Origin: Nemertoderma westbladi
Lineage: Eukaryota; Animalia; Xenacoelomorpha
Length of the DNA: 64,000 nucleotides
NCBI GenBank assembly: GCA_032718475.1
Contig: JAUCBJ010000701.1
Coordinates: 7,624 to 71,623 of the forward strand
Direction of reading: 5' to 3'
Of the stretch, positions 61,678 to 64,000 are shown piece after piece (the stretch's first letter is position 1; every line of letters begins with the position of its first letter). Below the pieces are notes generated by a model. That model saw nothing but the letters and a program-made list of their open reading frames with translations. It had not been told where the DNA came from and searched no databases. The translations under genes and the position numbers were made by a program.

Positions 61678-62106
61678 GTACTTTGCATATTTAACATTAG
61701 CCTATGGGGAGTATCGTTATTGTAAGATAGGTCAGGGGAAGGGAAATACAACTCAACCACTAGACAAAGCAGCTCTCTTTACTACTTTCAGCTATCCCGG
61801 GAGGTTGATTGACAGACACTTCTAAGCTTTGATATTTAGCCGCTCTAGGTAGACTTACATTAGGCAAATTCCAAGTGATTTCCAAAAGGTTATTTATTTC
61901 CTATTAGGTTCCTATTAGGATCCAATAGGACGTTATTTGAAAGCGTTACTGTACTAAATACGTTAGTAATAAGTCGCACCAACTTCTCTGAATACCGAAT
62001 TAGTACAAGCACTTACTAACTGTCATTGACTAGGACTAAGTTGCTAGTTAGTTACATTTATGAATACCGCCCCTGATCTGCCACCCTCTCCATTACAAAT
62101 AACTAT

Positions 62107-63795
62107 CGCAATAATTTTTATTGTCCGTTTAAATCCTTTTTTTGTCCTTATTTTTTGATTTTTTATGTCCTCCAAAAGTCTAATGTTAGGTTCCATGCTA
62201 CCGGTTTCTCTACTGCTGTTCTCTCAGGCTATCAGTACCGGTATTGGTATATATAGCACTATTTTGCTGTATTGTATGTACAGATGTAGGTATAAAGCAG
62301 GTATTTCTGTATTTTAGTACCGGCACCGGTACTGCTATAGGCCTACTGTGTAGCCTACCATTTAAATACGGTAATGGTAGGCCTACCGGTGTTGTGCTAA
62401 TAAATTTTAAATAATTGATAGGCCAAACTGGATTGTAGGATTGTGGAAAATGTGGATATACCTTTCACATAATTTAGGCCTATTACTGTATTAGTTTTAT
62501 AATCAATAATGGATCATGACTACTGTCTGAGTAGTGTTACGGATAACCTGCTCCTTTCCCTGATTTGGTAAAGTGACTGTTTATTGTTTTGGTTAGAAAA
62601 TCCGGCCTTAACCTGCTCCTTTCCCTCAATTAGTTAAGTGATCGTTTATTGTTTTGGTTAGAAAATCCCGCCTCTGTAACCTGCTCCTTTCTCTCAATTG
62701 GTAATGTTATCGTTTATTGTTTTGGTTAGAAAATCCCGTCTCCGTAACCTGCTCCTTTCCCTCAATTAGTTAAATGATCGTTTATTATTTTGGTTAGAAA
62801 ATACCGCCTCTGTAACCTGCCCCTTTCCCTCAATTAGTTAAAGGATCGTTTATTGTTTTGGTTAGAAAATCCCGCCTCTGTAACCTGCTCCTTTCCCTGA
62901 ATTGGTAAAGTGACCGTTTATTGTTTTGGTTAGAAAGGCCCGCCTCTGTAACCTGCCCCTTTCCCTCAATTAGATAAATGATCGTTTATTGTTTTGGTGA
63001 GAAAATCCCGCCTCTGTAACCTGCTCCTTTCCCTCAATTAGTTAAGTGATCGTTTATTGTTTTGGTTAGAAAATTCCGCCTCTGTAACCTGTCCCTTTCC
63101 CTCAATTAGTTAAATGATCGTTTATTGTTTTGGTTAGAAAATCCCGCCTCTGTAACCTGCTCCTTTCCCTCAATAAGTTAAGTGATCGTTTATTGTTTTG
63201 GTTGGAAAATCCCGCCTCTGTAACCTGCTCCTTTCCCTCAATAAGTTAAGTGATCGTTTATTGTTTTGGTTAGAAAATCCCGCCTCTGTAACCTGCTCCT
63301 TTCCCTCAATTAGTTAAGTGATCGTTTATTGTTTTGGTTAGAAAATCCCGTCTCTGTAACCTGCTCCTTTCCCTGATTTGGTAAAGTGACTGTTTATTGT
63401 TTTGGTTAGAAAACTCGGCCTTAACCTGCTCCTTTCCATCAATTGGTAATTGTTTTTGGCTATAAAATGAGTGTTTTGCTACGTCATGTGGTATTCGATT
63501 ATCGACAACAACCACAAACTATTAAATATAGAGTCTTTTTACCACAGGCGCATATGGAAATCAATCTCATAGTCTATAAATCATGGAATCATGGAATGTT
63601 TTGGCACAGGCATAGTGAAATCAACTGTCTGACAGTCCAGAAATCAGCAGTCTGACAGTTTGAAGAAATACATACATAAAAAGTCATTAAAAGGACAATA
63701 AAAGTCATTAAAAGGACAACAAAAGTCATTATGCATAATTCGTAAAAAAAAAATGACAGAAAAAGTCAAATAAAAGGACATAAAAAATCACTGCC
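62107..63795. mobile_element. MULE/foldback-type non-autonomous element carrying a minisatellite
   Basis: 9-bp TSD aataactat at 62098-62106 and 63796-63804; imperfect TIR cgcaataatttttattgtcc / ggacataaaaaatcactgcc. Confidence 0.65.
62546..63447. repeat. 68-bp minisatellite, ~13 copies
   Basis: Unit aacctgctcctttccctcaattagttaagtgatcgtttattgttttggttagaaaatcccgcctctgt. Confidence 0.93.
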
Positions 63796-64000
63796 AATAA
63801 CTATTACATACTGTACTAGGTAGGCCCTAGGCCTAAGACATCACATATATACTGCTGTACTAAAATACCGGTATACTAAATTAATATATAGATATGTATC
63901 ATTTCTGAATTAATAAACTATAATTAGAAATAACACTTGTTCATGATACATATACTGTAATGATATGGTGATTTGAAATGCTATATGTTCAGCGTTCAGG

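Larger units (their letters stand above)
41652..61951. mobile_element. Tc1/mariner-type MITE ends, nested within the previous element
   Basis: TA|CAGTACCGCTTTCAAATAACGTC...TATTGG.TCCTAATAGG at 41652 and its reverse complement ending at 61951|TA. Confidence 0.7.
40288..62074. mobile_element. Harbinger-like MITE whose two ends are 21.8 kb apart because of nested insertions
   Basis: Perfect 23-bp inverted repeat gcagatcaggggcggtattcata (40281-40303) / tatgaataccgcccctgatctgc (62059-62081). Confidence 0.6.

Noticed and set aside
62546-63447. CRISPR-like array
   Set aside because: Contiguous 68-bp units with no unique spacers, no cas genes, eukaryotic context. The same applies to 43060-43234 and 61010-61105.

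Overview
AT-rich eukaryotic (invertebrate-type) DNA made almost entirely of nested mobile elements. Two symmetrical phase-1 exons (EGF-like and fibronectin type II) of a minus-strand host gene lie at the left end. The window then holds: RTE-, Daphne/L2- and CRE-type LINE fragments; a tRNA-derived SINE split by a LINE that is itself split by a non-autonomous BEL/Pao LTR element; a Sola2-like transposase relic; a second decayed BEL/Pao element; and a ~13.5 kb decayed Polinton/Maverick (adintovirus-like) provirus. That provirus has pPolB, adenain, major capsid, two pentons, a basic core protein, an exonuclease-like ORF and an integrase. It also encodes a TATA-binding-protein-like ORF directly behind pPolB, and possibly a PC4-like ORF upstream. 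The right third contains hAT/MULE/Kolobok/Tc1-type MITEs, an integrase-only Gypsy element, Helentron-type tandem arrays, an IS3EU-like transposase fragment, and a 411-bp tandem repeat. In that repeat a tRNA-type Pol III promoter sits immediately in front of a minimal hammerhead ribozyme (retrozyme/Sm-alpha-like). All family assignments come from motif recognition by eye; no database search was run.
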